Both the position numbers and the translations under genes were made by a program. This document shows positions 54,177-62,721 of a stretch of 64,000 nucleotides of DNA, piece after piece. Below the pieces are notes generated by a model, which had not been told where the DNA came from, did no database searches, and saw only the letters and a list, made by a program, of their open reading frames with translations. Every line of letters begins with the position of its first letter. Within the stretch, counting starts at the first letter, position 1. Source of the DNA: Berkelbacteria bacterium GW2011_GWE1_39_12 (lineage in GTDB: Bacteria; Patescibacteriota; UBA1384; UBA12157). The DNA lies in the NCBI GenBank assembly GCA_001029735.1, contig CP011213.1:784298-848297 (forward strand), written 5' to 3'.

Positions 54177-55346
54177 ATGAGAGTTCCACTGTTGTTGGTT
54201 CTTTTCTTATTGAGCGCAACAGGATCTTGGGCTGTTGGAATTTATCCGGCAAAAGTTGATGTTGAAGCCCGCGCTGGCAACCAAGTAAAGTTGGTTTTTC
54301 ACATAGTGAACAAATCAGACGATACAAAGGATGCTACGCTTACACCAACCAATTTGTCGGCAGATTCAAATTTCGTTTTGGTTTTCGAACCATCGCGAAT
54401 GGGAACGCCAGCATCTTGGTTTTGGCCACAGGCTGAAGCGTTTAAGTTGCTGCCGAAGTCTGATACCGAACATGTTTTTCGAGTTAAAGTGCCGTCAGGT
54501 ACAAAACCCGGAGAATATTTTGTCGGTTTGCTTCTTGACCCTAATGAAAGCAGAGCGCTTGTCGGAAAGAAATATAAGTTAAATTTGAAGACTCGCGTAG
54601 CGGCAATCATTAAGGTTGTTGTCCCGGGCGTCGGACAATTACCGAAATCAGCCACTCTAGGGGAGTCCACAATTGTCATTGAAAAGAAGAGCCCGATCAA
54701 GTTTGGGGTTCTCTTCCAAAGCACCTGTGTATCAAGTCTTTTAGCTCGGGGGCAATGCCGCGTTATAGGTAAAAATGGAAGAGTCTTTGACTCATTTATC
54801 CTACAAGCAGCCGGTCAGAGCACAAAGGGTTCCGCGTTTGTGTTTCCTAAAGGATCGCGTCGATTTGGCGGAAAATTGCAAAGATGTTTACCTTTGGGGA
54901 GCTATACTGTGGAATTCACTTTTGACTATGGCAACGGTTGGCGTAGAGCCATGACCAAAAAGGATTTTGAAGTTACACAGGAAGTCTCTTCCGAACAAGG
55001 AAAACTCCTTATACTTGGAGTCGACAAGGAATTAATCGAAGAAGTCATTCCCAGAGGTGGGTTTCGGGCGTTTAAGACTACTGTGACGAATATCGGTTTC
55101 GAACCGACTGAAATTACAGTTTCAAAGACATTGATTGCAGAGGTATCGCCGGAAAAGGCGATTTTAGCACCTGGCGGAAAAAAAGATTTCCGAATCATTG
55201 TCAAAATGCCAAGGGATGGCGAGACTCAACTTGTTGAACAATCTGGCAAGATCAGTTTTAAACCCCAGAGTGGGGAACCGATATCTGTCGATGTGAGAAT
55301 TAAGCTCCCGGCAGAGAAATCAAGTGGAAGGAAGGAAACGGAATGA
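54177..55346 (+). CDS. periplasmic two-domain Ig-like/PapD-like protein (putative chaperone or assembly factor)
   Basis: GGAGGT RBS and signal peptide RVPLLLVLFLLSATGSWA. The N-terminal domain GIYPAKVDVEARAGNQVKLVFHIVN fits the PapD-like/MSP beta-sandwich pattern. A second beta-rich domain follows. It overlaps the secretin start by 4 nt. Confidence 0.45.
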   Translation: MRVPLLLVLFLLSATGSWAVGIYPAKVDVEARAGNQVKLVFHIVNKSDDTKDATLTPTNLSADSNFVLVFEPSRMGTPASWFWPQAEAFKLLPKSDTEHVFRVKVPSGTKPGEYFVGLLLDPNESRALVGKKYKLNLKTRVAAIIKVVVPGVGQLPKSATLGESTIVIEKKSPIKFGVLFQSTCVSSLLARGQCRVIGKNGRVFDSFILQAAGQSTKGSAFVFPKGSRRFGGKLQRCLPLGSYTVEFTFDYGNGWRRAMTKKDFEVTQEVSSEQGKLLILGVDKELIEEVIPRGGFRAFKTTVTNIGFEPTEITVSKTLIAEVSPEKAILAPGGKKDFRIIVKMPRDGETQLVEQSGKISFKPQSGEPISVDVRIKLPAEKSSGRKETE

Positions 55347-56587
55347 AAAGGTTGATATTGTGTAGTATTGCACTGTTATGTTTGTTTTTCGGTTCTTCGG
55401 TCGTCAATGCGGACCCAGCCACCAAAATTACCAATGTCTTTCAGGATACAGATATCCGCCAAGCCTTGGTCACGATAGCAGTCCAAGCTGGTGAAAATGT
55501 TGTCCCTGACTCATCGGTCGGCAACATGACTGTCACACTTGATTTGAAAGATGCGCCGTTTGAGGTTGTTTTGCAGATGATCTGCGACTCAGGCGGTTAT
55601 TCGTTCATCAAAGACGAGCATTGTTATCTTGTCGGCCAGGCCGTGCCAACTAACCCGAATTTTGACAGATTCTGCACCTCGGAAGCAGTTAAGCTGAAAA
55701 ACAGTGAAGCTTGTGAAATGGTTAAGGTTTTCAATCAATTTTACGCGCAGTATGTTAAGGCCGGCGGAACAAGGGAAAACGTTATAGTAATCTCTGCTCC
55801 ACAACGCATCAGCCAAGCTATTAAGAAGATAATTCAAGAAATCGATCAGCCAAAGAGACAGATCGAGATCGAGGTGATGGCAGTTGAAATCCAGAAGGTC
55901 AAGGGAAGAGATTTTATGCTTGATTGGACGGAAGGAAGGCCGGGCGTCAGTGGAGGAATTGAGACTCTTTCATTTGCGAACTTTGTGTTTGGTTATACAA
56001 ACACATTGTCCAAGAATGTCCTAATCGGGCTCAAAAGCGCCCTTCAAAATGGAGTTGCTAGAGTTCGTGCGAATCCACGGATAACGACAATGGACGGATA
56101 CGAAGCTTTATTTTCCTCTGGACAAGAAGATTACTTTGACACTTCCAGTCAGAATCCGAATGGATGGCAGACTGGTAAGCTCGAAAAGATCGAGTCTGGT
56201 GTCAAATTGAAAATACTGCCACGTCTAGCAGAAAATGGAGAAATCAATCTTTGTATAACGCCGGATGTGTCAGACGTCATTGGAAAAACCGAACAGGGTT
56301 TACCAAGACTTAATGTTCGGACAATGACAACGACGCTTCGGGTTAAAGACGGAGAAACGATTGTTATGGGAGGTATGCTGAGTGAGATAAGCAGATCCTC
56401 TAAAAAGAAATTGCCGATTCTAGGAGACCTTCCTCTGATCGGTTTCGCTTTCAGAAGCAACTCGACGTCCGCGATTGTGACCGATATGGCGATCCTGGTG
56501 ACGCCACGAATAGTCAACGATCTTACAACGCGAACATCTGTTGAAGCCAACTCTGATCTTCTTGAAGCCGTTGGCGAAAGACGATAA
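55343..56587 (+). CDS. secretin (GspD/PilQ/CpaC family) with one N-domain and a C-terminal secretin domain
   Basis: Signal peptide. An N0-like domain carries the STN-like motif. The Secretin_N block reads VISAPQRISQAIKKIIQEIDQPKRQIEIEVMAVEI. The C-terminal secretin signature reads LRVKDGETIVMGGM...LPILGDLPLIGFAFRS...AILVTPRIV. Confidence 0.8.
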   Translation: MKRLILCSIALLCLFFGSSVVNADPATKITNVFQDTDIRQALVTIAVQAGENVVPDSSVGNMTVTLDLKDAPFEVVLQMICDSGGYSFIKDEHCYLVGQAVPTNPNFDRFCTSEAVKLKNSEACEMVKVFNQFYAQYVKAGGTRENVIVISAPQRISQAIKKIIQEIDQPKRQIEIEVMAVEIQKVKGRDFMLDWTEGRPGVSGGIETLSFANFVFGYTNTLSKNVLIGLKSALQNGVARVRANPRITTMDGYEALFSSGQEDYFDTSSQNPNGWQTGKLEKIESGVKLKILPRLAENGEINLCITPDVSDVIGKTEQGLPRLNVRTMTTTLRVKDGETIVMGGMLSEISRSSKKKLPILGDLPLIGFAFRSNSTSAIVTDMAILVTPRIVNDLTTRTSVEANSDLLEAVGERR

Positions 56588-56606
56588 AATAATATACATT
56601 TATACG

Positions 56607-56633
56607 GGAGTAGTCACATGACTGCTCCTTTTT
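56607..56633 (+). terminator. intrinsic terminator after the secretin gene (GGAGtAGTC-acat-GACTGCTCC + T5)
   Basis: 9-bp stem with one mismatch, followed by a U-run. Confidence 0.55.
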
Positions 56634-56747
56634 AATTACAATTAAAAACGCCGAGCGGTAAACTATCCGAATTGTCGAAAGAATTATAAATTTTAATAGT
56701 TGAAAAATATATTTATCGGCTATATATTAGATATATAAGGAGAATAT

Positions 56748-56924
56748 ATGAAAATACAGGACAATGGGCCTGCAGGTGCAGTTTATGGCATGGGTTTCGT
56801 TGGCGCATTGGTTTATTTCTTAACCAATGCCGGAACTTTTTGGATTGGCGTTTTGGGCGTTCTAAAAGCCATTGTTTGGCCAGCCATCTTAGTTTACGAA
56901 GCCCTAAAGTTTTTAATTAAATAA
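56748..56924 (+). CDS. small hydrophobic protein (58 aa, 2 TM), not in the ORF track
   Basis: Strong RBS TAAGGAGAA 6 nt upstream. Translation is MKIQDNGPAGAVYGMGFVGALVYFLTNAGTFWIGVLGVLKAIVWPAILVYEALKFLIK. Confidence 0.45.
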   Translation: MKIQDNGPAGAVYGMGFVGALVYFLTNAGTFWIGVLGVLKAIVWPAILVYEALKFLIK

Positions 56925-56971
56925 AATACGGAACAAATCAGATAGCGGAAAATTCGATGTAATAAATTACA

Positions 56972-57130
56972 ATTTAAATATCAAGAAGCGGTGAGAGATT
57001 TGGCTCGTTGACCCGCTACCAACCGTTCGACTAGTTGTCTAAAGGCGCTCACGGTGGTAAATCCAACCCGAAAGGGAAAGATACGGCAAGTGCAAAACTA
57101 GCTTTTTCTTTCCAATCGGAAAGTTTTTTT
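56972..57130 (+). promoter_or_regulatory. SAM-I (S-box) riboswitch with an intrinsic-terminator expression platform, leader of metK
   Basis: AUCAAGAAGCGGUGAGAGAUUUGGCUCGUUGACCCGCUACCAACC matches the S-box core (AUCAAGAG.GGYGGAGGGA.UGGCCCGAUGAA.CCCGGCAACC). It continues GGUGGUAAAUCC...GAAAGGGAAAGAUACGG and ends in the terminator CUUUCC-AAUC-GGAAAG+U7 at 57106-57130. Confidence 0.7.
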
Positions 57131-57147
57131 GATATAGAAAGGACAAA

Positions 57148-58107
57148 ATGCGAACAGCCGAATGTGTGAGTGCCGGCCATCCGGACAAAATTTGCGATCA
57201 AATTTCCGATGCAATACTAGATGAATGCTTGAGACAGGATCCAATGTCTCGTGTGGCAGTTGAAACTATGGGTGGTCATGGGAAGATTTTTATTTGCGGG
57301 GAGGTTACCACAAAAGCGGAGTTTAATGCTAAAGAAATTGCCATCAAAATTTATCGTGAGCTAGGCTATGAAGATGAGATAAAAGTGATTTCAAATATTG
57401 TTAAGCAAAGCCCAGATATTGCTTGCGGCGTTGATACTGGCGGGGCGGGGGATCAGGGAATAATGGTTGGTTATGCGTGTAACGATAACGAGCAGATGAT
57501 TCCGCAGGAATTATATTTGGCGAGAAAGATTTTAAGTCAATTACCAAAAAACTTTGGGCCGGATGCCAAGTGCCAAGTGACATTGGATAAAAAAAATAAT
57601 ATTGAAACAATTGTTTTGTCAGCTCAGCATACTGAAGGACAGAATTTAAAACCTCTTGAGAACTTAGTAAAAAAATATAATCCGAAAAAGTACTTTGTAA
57701 ATCCGACGGGCAAATTCGTGATCGGTGGTTTTTTTGGCGACACCGGTCTAACTGGACGCAAACTGGCTGTTGATAATTATGGCCCTCAAGTACCAATCGG
57801 CGGCGGCGCTTTTTCCGGTAAAGATCCAAGTAAAGTAGATCGCTCTGCTGCATATATGGCTCGTCGAGTCGCCGTAGATTTATTGAAAGAAAAAAAAGCA
57901 AAAGAAGTACTTGTTAAGATCGCTTATTCAATTGGTATAGCAGAGCCAGTGATGGCGATCGCTGAGATTGATGGTAAAAGATTTGAAATAACAGGCTATG
58001 ACTTAACACCTCAAGGCATAATTAAATATTTGGATCTAAGGAAACCGATTTATCTTAAAACTGCTAAACTAGGTCATTTCGGCAATAATCTTACTTGGGA
58101 CAAATAA
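57148..58107 (+). CDS. metK: S-adenosylmethionine synthetase (compact ~320-aa form)
   Basis: MRTAECVSAGHPDKICDQISDAILDE and GGGAFSGKDPSKVDRSAAYMAR signatures. Confidence 0.9.
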   Translation: MRTAECVSAGHPDKICDQISDAILDECLRQDPMSRVAVETMGGHGKIFICGEVTTKAEFNAKEIAIKIYRELGYEDEIKVISNIVKQSPDIACGVDTGGAGDQGIMVGYACNDNEQMIPQELYLARKILSQLPKNFGPDAKCQVTLDKKNNIETIVLSAQHTEGQNLKPLENLVKKYNPKKYFVNPTGKFVIGGFFGDTGLTGRKLAVDNYGPQVPIGGGAFSGKDPSKVDRSAAYMARRVAVDLLKEKKAKEVLVKIAYSIGIAEPVMAIAEIDGKRFEITGYDLTPQGIIKYLDLRKPIYLKTAKLGHFGNNLTWDK

Positions 58108-58183
58108 AAAGGGGTTATCCGCTTGACAAATATGACAAATGGGTTTATTTTGTATTAAGAGTGATTACGTACGGAGGTTGCAA

Positions 58184-58396
58184 ATGTCTGATGATAACAC
58201 TCGTGTGACGGGCCTATGCAATGATTGTATGGCTGAACAAGATGTGGTGCTTGTACACGAGCTGGATAACGACGAGTTTGCCAAGAACAAGATAAACAAC
58301 AACATGCATCTCAATTTCATCCTATCTCCTCACAACTTCGGCGGCGCCATTTGCCCTGGAGTAGGGCAGCATCCAGTTGATTTGTACAACGTGTAG
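58184..58396 (+). CDS. small hypothetical Cys-containing protein (70 aa)
   Basis: ATG follows a GGAGG RBS. An intrinsic terminator lies downstream at 58419-58443. Confidence 0.35.
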   Translation: MSDDNTRVTGLCNDCMAEQDVVLVHELDNDEFAKNKINNNMHLNFILSPHNFGGAICPGVGQHPVDLYNV

Positions 58397-58460
58397 CTTG
58401 TTTTTTGGCCATTTTTTTCAAACCGGCTTTTGCCGGTTTTTTCTACCCTGTTGCGTTATC

Positions 58461-58682
58461 CTAATCTGAGATCTCTACAATTTTATTTTTATTCTTATGC
58501 CCGGCGTTAATTGTTATTAATGACTTGGGCTTTTTAAAATATTTACTTAAAGCATCAATTATTGCGCTGTTGGCTTTACCTTTTTCCGGGATAGCAGTGA
58601 CATAAACTTCGTAGGTGAGGTCATCTATTTGTTTGACAAGTGTTTTATTGGCGTTTGTTTTCGCATTTACAATTATTTTCAT
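58461..58682 (-). CDS. DUF167 (YggU/UPF0235) family protein
   Basis: 73 aa. KGKANSAIIDALSKYF...ITINAGHKNKNKIVEI matches the DUF167 pattern. Confidence 0.6.
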   Translation of the reverse strand: MKIIVNAKTNANKTLVKQIDDLTYEVYVTAIPEKGKANSAIIDALSKYFKKPKSLITINAGHKNKNKIVEISD

Positions 58683-58706
58683 AAAGTTATTATAACAAAA
58701 AACCGC

Positions 58707-59414
58707 CTATTGTTTAGGCGGCTTGGTAACAGCCGTGATGTTTTTTGGCGCTTTGTGCCAACGAAAGACAATATGGAAAGGACTCTTACCCTTAACAACA
58801 TGTCCGCCGTCAGTATTAATCGCTTCATCGCACTTAAGAACATTGGCGAAAAAACTGGCCAAAGTTCTAATATTAGTACGACTCTGAACTATGTATATAT
58901 AGCCAGAGGTAAAACCCATGCCCATTCTGTCGGTTTCTGCATCAATAAAGACCGTTTTAAAACCATCGTAGCGAAAAGGCTTGATCATCTGTCCTAAGGC
59001 AACAGCATCGATTTCCTTATTCTTATTAAGAAGCTGGTAGTCTTGAGACAGGTTGATGCGGCCATCCGGATGGATAGCAAGAAAATACCGCCCAACCTCG
59101 CGTCCTTTTACCTTTACACCGTTACGACGAAAGTAATCAACTGGAAGATTGGTTCTGCAGTCATAGAAGTTGCCAGAACAAACCGCAAAACCACCGAGCC
59201 GCTTCTTAGCTCTTTCTTTCTTTTCGCCACCAGGTTCATAGGAAATCACTGCCTCAACGTGGTTGCATCGAGGCAGCTGAACAACGAGGAATGTTGCGCC
59301 TTTGTACTTGGTAACCCAAGGTTTCACTATATGCTTGGGATGATTTTGGGTCCAAGAGGCGCACGGCAAGGCAAGTAAAGCAAGAACAACAAGAACTATC
59401 AGTAGAACTCGCAT
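58707..59414 (-). CDS. secreted phosphodiester glycosidase family (DUF2233/NAGPA-like) protein
   Basis: Signal peptide. C-terminal INTDGGHV matches the DUF2233 DGGGS-like block. GC-rich. Confidence 0.5.
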   Translation of the reverse strand: MRVLLIVLVVLALLALPCASWTQNHPKHIVKPWVTKYKGATFLVVQLPRCNHVEAVISYEPGGEKKERAKKRLGGFAVCSGNFYDCRTNLPVDYFRRNGVKVKGREVGRYFLAIHPDGRINLSQDYQLLNKNKEIDAVALGQMIKPFRYDGFKTVFIDAETDRMGMGFTSGYIYIVQSRTNIRTLASFFANVLKCDEAINTDGGHVVKGKSPFHIVFRWHKAPKNITAVTKPPKQ

Positions 59415-59498
59415 CTTAGACCTCCTATTGTTAAGGTAGATTTATTATGGCACAAAAGCGAAAACAGTCCAAAAAGTATATCATTCTGCAAGCGCTGT

Positions 59499-59538
59499 GT
59501 CAATTGGTAATTGACTATATTGCTCAACCTGATAAAAT
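59499..59538 (+). promoter_or_regulatory. secY promoter (TTGACT-16-TAAAAT) with a palindrome GTCAATT-GGT-AATTGAC overlapping the -35
   Basis: Perfect 7-bp inverted arms at 59499-59515. Confidence 0.45.
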
Positions 59539-59593
59539 GGTGTAGGATTTAAATGTAAGTAATTAAGAAATAGCTGCTTTAGGAATAATTAAT

Positions 59594-60868
59594 ATGAGAA
59601 TAATTGAAACATTTCAAGAAATCTTTACGATGAAAGATTTGCGTAATCGTATTTTGTATGCGGTTGGGCTGTTGTTGGCTGCAAGAATTTTAGCGCATGT
59701 ACCATTACCGGGTGTTGATCTTGATGCCTTACAAAGCTTTTTTGCAAGAAACCAAATTTTCGGTTTATTCAATATGTTTTCCGGCGGCGCGATGGAAAAT
59801 TTTTCCGTAATATTGATGGGTGTCGGGCCATATATTACCGCAACGATTATATTTCAGTTGCTTACCATGATAATTCCAGCGATGGATGAACTTAATAAGG
59901 AAGGCGAAAGTGGTCGTGCAAAAATCAACTACTGGACTCGAATTGCCACCGTGCCTTTAGCGCTTGTTCAATCGTTTAGTATGATCCGGATTTTACAAAG
60001 CCAAAGTATTTTAGGCTCCTTAGAACCTTTACAATGGGCAACCATTCTTGTTTCGGTTACTGCTGGTACTATTTTATTAATGTGGCTGGGTGAACTTATA
60101 ACGGAAAACGGCATTGGAAACGGCGTTTCCCTTATCATTGCTTTAGGTATTATCTCCGCCATTCCAGGCCAAGTGCGAAATACCTTACAATTAGTTGATT
60201 CTGGTATGATTGTCGGTTTAATTATTTATATTGCCATTTCAATTGCCGTTGTTGTGTTAATTGTGCTGGCTAACGAGGGTACGCGGCAAATTCCAGTTTC
60301 CTATGCGCGGCGAATACGAGGGCTAAAATCATATGGCGGCGTTGATTCGTTTATTCCTATTAGAGTCAACTCAGCCGGCGTTATTCCAATCATTTTTGCC
60401 ATGAGCATTTTACTTGTTCCAGGTGTGGTGGCTAATTTACTACAAAATGCAAAATCCGAATGGTTAGCCAGTTCTGCTGCACATATGGCAACTTTTTTCC
60501 AGAATAATCTTTACCAGGGAATCATCTACTTTATTCTTGTAGTAGCCTTTACCTATTTCTACACAGGCATTGTATTAAAACCAACCGATATGGCCGAGAA
60601 TTTGCAAAAGCAAGGCGGTTTCATTCCAGGCATCAGACCAGGCACAGAAACGTCTAATTATTTGAGTAAGGTCGTGCTATATATTACTCTTTCAAGCGCA
60701 ATCTTTCTTGGCGCAATTGCTGTTTTACCATATATCGTCCAAGCTATCACCAATATTAATACACTTGTTCTAGGTGGAACCGGTATCTTGATTATGGTTT
60801 CGGTTATAATTGAAACGATGAGACAAATTCAGGCTCAGTTAGCAATGAGATCGTACGATAAATATTAA
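59594..60868 (+). CDS. secY: preprotein translocase subunit SecY (displaced ~21 kb from rplO)
   Basis: 10-TM SecY with conserved blocks (GVGPYITATIIFQLL, plug and TM7 regions). It has its own promoter, TTGACT-16-TAAAAT. Confidence 0.95.
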   Translation: MRIIETFQEIFTMKDLRNRILYAVGLLLAARILAHVPLPGVDLDALQSFFARNQIFGLFNMFSGGAMENFSVILMGVGPYITATIIFQLLTMIIPAMDELNKEGESGRAKINYWTRIATVPLALVQSFSMIRILQSQSILGSLEPLQWATILVSVTAGTILLMWLGELITENGIGNGVSLIIALGIISAIPGQVRNTLQLVDSGMIVGLIIYIAISIAVVVLIVLANEGTRQIPVSYARRIRGLKSYGGVDSFIPIRVNSAGVIPIIFAMSILLVPGVVANLLQNAKSEWLASSAAHMATFFQNNLYQGIIYFILVVAFTYFYTGIVLKPTDMAENLQKQGGFIPGIRPGTETSNYLSKVVLYITLSSAIFLGAIAVLPYIVQAITNINTLVLGGTGILIMVSVIIETMRQIQAQLAMRSYDKY

Positions 60869-60977
60869 ACCGTTTACATATTCACCAGCATGTTCCGCGG
60901 AAATTTACTTCTTAAATTATCGAGACTATGCGTCAGATTCAAGCACAATTAGTAATGAGATCATACGATAAATATTA
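60815..60977 (+). repeat. degenerate direct repeat of the secY 3' terminus (~50 nt, ~80% identity) flanking a 59-nt spacer that carries a CCGCGGAAATTT motif
   Basis: CGATGAGACAAATTCAGGCTCAGTTAGCAATGAGATCGTACGATAAATATTAA (end of secY) is matched by CGAGACTATGCGTCAGATTCAAGCACAATTAGTAATGAGATCATACGATAAATATTAG at 60928-60977. Confidence 0.7.
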
Positions 60978-60987
60978 GGCTGTTCAA

Positions 60988-61980
60988 ATGACAAAAAAAA
61001 TTATATTGATTGTCGGAACAATAATCGTTTTGTTTTTTAGTGCTTTTGTTTTGCTTAAAATCCAACAAAACAAAATCAATCAAGCGGAAAATACAAATAA
61101 TTCAAGCCAAAATACCTCTTTAGTCAAAGCGACGGAAAGTACGAAGCTAAATGGCAAAATTTACTATATTTCCTACAAAGAGGGCAGTTTAGAGATCAAC
61201 TCTTATAACACTTCAGACGATAAAATAACTACCGTTTATTCAGATAAAGACGAAGAATATAAAATTGGGAAATTCGGCAATTTTACAAACCTTTCATCGG
61301 AATTTTTGGCTACTATTAAAAATAGTAATAAGGAGAAGCTTGTTTCTTTTAAGTTTAACGATAAAGCGGATATGCACGTTTTAAGAGAAGATTTTTCCAT
61401 TTCAGAATCCTTTGCCGCCGATCCATTGGGTAAAGAGATCTATTATAGTAAAGAGTTTATTACTGATTCTGAAACAAAGCATAATTTATATCAAGAAACT
61501 CGTGATGGAAAAAACCAAAGGTTGCTTTATCAGGCCAATGCTCCGATTTTAGATCTATCAATTTCGATTGATGGCCAAAAGGCGTTTTTTACCCAAGACG
61601 ATAACAGAATAATAGGCTTAGATTTAAATACTTTTGAAGATGAACAGATTTATAAAACAGGCGACAAAATTTTTGATCTTTCTGTTTTATCAAACGGCAA
61701 TTTAATTTTTACCGAAGCAAACGAAAAAAATATTAACAGTTCAATTGTTTATTTAATTAATTTAAAAACCGGCGAGCTAAAAAAAGATTTGTCTTTGAGG
61801 GAGAAGATGTTATCGTCCGCGATTATCTCTCCGGATATGATCGCCACAGGCGTTGTTCAAAAGAACTTTGAGGACAATTTTAATGACATGCAAACAGGTG
61901 AATTAAGTACAATAAGGATTGGTAGTGATAAAATAAATACTATTGGCTCCGGTATTCATATTATTTGCTGGAAGCCATAG
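60988..61980 (+). CDS. membrane-anchored beta-propeller-like (TolB/PD40-like repeat) protein
   Basis: N-terminal TM. Repeated ~40-aa units with D-x-S/T and hydrophobic strands (DLSISIDGQKAFFT, DLSVLSNGNLIFTE). Inserted between secY and adk. Confidence 0.4.
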   Translation: MTKKIILIVGTIIVLFFSAFVLLKIQQNKINQAENTNNSSQNTSLVKATESTKLNGKIYYISYKEGSLEINSYNTSDDKITTVYSDKDEEYKIGKFGNFTNLSSEFLATIKNSNKEKLVSFKFNDKADMHVLREDFSISESFAADPLGKEIYYSKEFITDSETKHNLYQETRDGKNQRLLYQANAPILDLSISIDGQKAFFTQDDNRIIGLDLNTFEDEQIYKTGDKIFDLSVLSNGNLIFTEANEKNINSSIVYLINLKTGELKKDLSLREKMLSSAIISPDMIATGVVQKNFEDNFNDMQTGELSTIRIGSDKINTIGSGIHIICWKP

Positions 61981-61992
61981 CAAAGGAGTGGA

Positions 61993-62682
61993 ATGAGCAA
62001 AAGCGTTAAAACATTAATTGCTATTTTAATCTTTTTTGCAGCTATTTTTGCTGCAGGTAACGGTTACTTTTATGCTAAAACTGTTTCACTAGAAAACACG
62101 ATGAATAACAAGGATGACTCAGCTATAACAAAAACGAAAACTACAGATACTGTTTCGGCATCCATAACTACCACTACTCCTGTCAAAACCACTGACACAA
62201 CTACTGTTGCAACTTCTAGTACTGACAGTCGCCCATCGAGTCCATCGGATACAGTCGTCGTTGGTCAGGGTGAAACTTTGTTTGCCATCGGTCAAAAAGC
62301 TGGAGTTAGTTGGACACAGATTGCCGATGCCAATGGTATAGACGCAGATAAGATTAAGGTTGATCAAACTCTTATTATCCCTAAAAATAATCAAATCGGT
62401 TTTACTGTAAATAAAGATATGGCCGCAAGTTTACAGAAAGATGTTGATGCTGGCAAATATTTATTTAGACTTACAGCGGTAGACACAGCTAAAGCAGATT
62501 CTCCATCTGCTTACGGAATTACCTCTACTGATACTTTTGCCCAAGCATCAATCGATGAAACCGCGGGTTCGGCAACAGTTACTGCTAAAAAGGGTGACAA
62601 GATATATTTGATAACGTTAATTCAACCGTCAACAAAGGGTGCAAAGGGAATTTGGGCAATTGAATCGATTAAATCAAATTAG
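61993..62682 (+). CDS. LysM domain protein with an N-terminal TM and a Thr-rich linker
   Basis: LysM motif VVVGQGETLFAIGQKAGVSWTQIADANGI...DQTLIIP. Confidence 0.55.
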   Translation: MSKSVKTLIAILIFFAAIFAAGNGYFYAKTVSLENTMNNKDDSAITKTKTTDTVSASITTTTPVKTTDTTTVATSSTDSRPSSPSDTVVVGQGETLFAIGQKAGVSWTQIADANGIDADKIKVDQTLIIPKNNQIGFTVNKDMAASLQKDVDAGKYLFRLTAVDTAKADSPSAYGITSTDTFAQASIDETAGSATVTAKKGDKIYLITLIQPSTKGAKGIWAIESIKSN

Positions 62683-62721
62683 CGATTTATGAATCGAAAG
62701 TAGTTAAACAGAAAAGGAAAA

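Noticed and set aside
55343-56924. Possibility that the secretin plus the small hydrophobic 58-aa protein represent an integrated filamentous phage (inovirus pIV secretin plus a pVIII-like coat protein)
   Set aside because: No Zot/pI-like assembly ATPase, no rolling-circle replication initiator and no ssDNA-binding protein are nearby, and the genes flanking the module are ordinary. The inovirus interpretation is therefore not supported, although it cannot be excluded without a broader search.
38606-59593. Interpretation of the 21-kb rplO-secY insert as a classical integrative element, prophage or ICE
   Set aside because: No integrase, recombinase, excisionase, tRNA attachment site or terminal direct repeats could be found. 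The only transposase in the window (IS200 TnpA) is 23 kb away.
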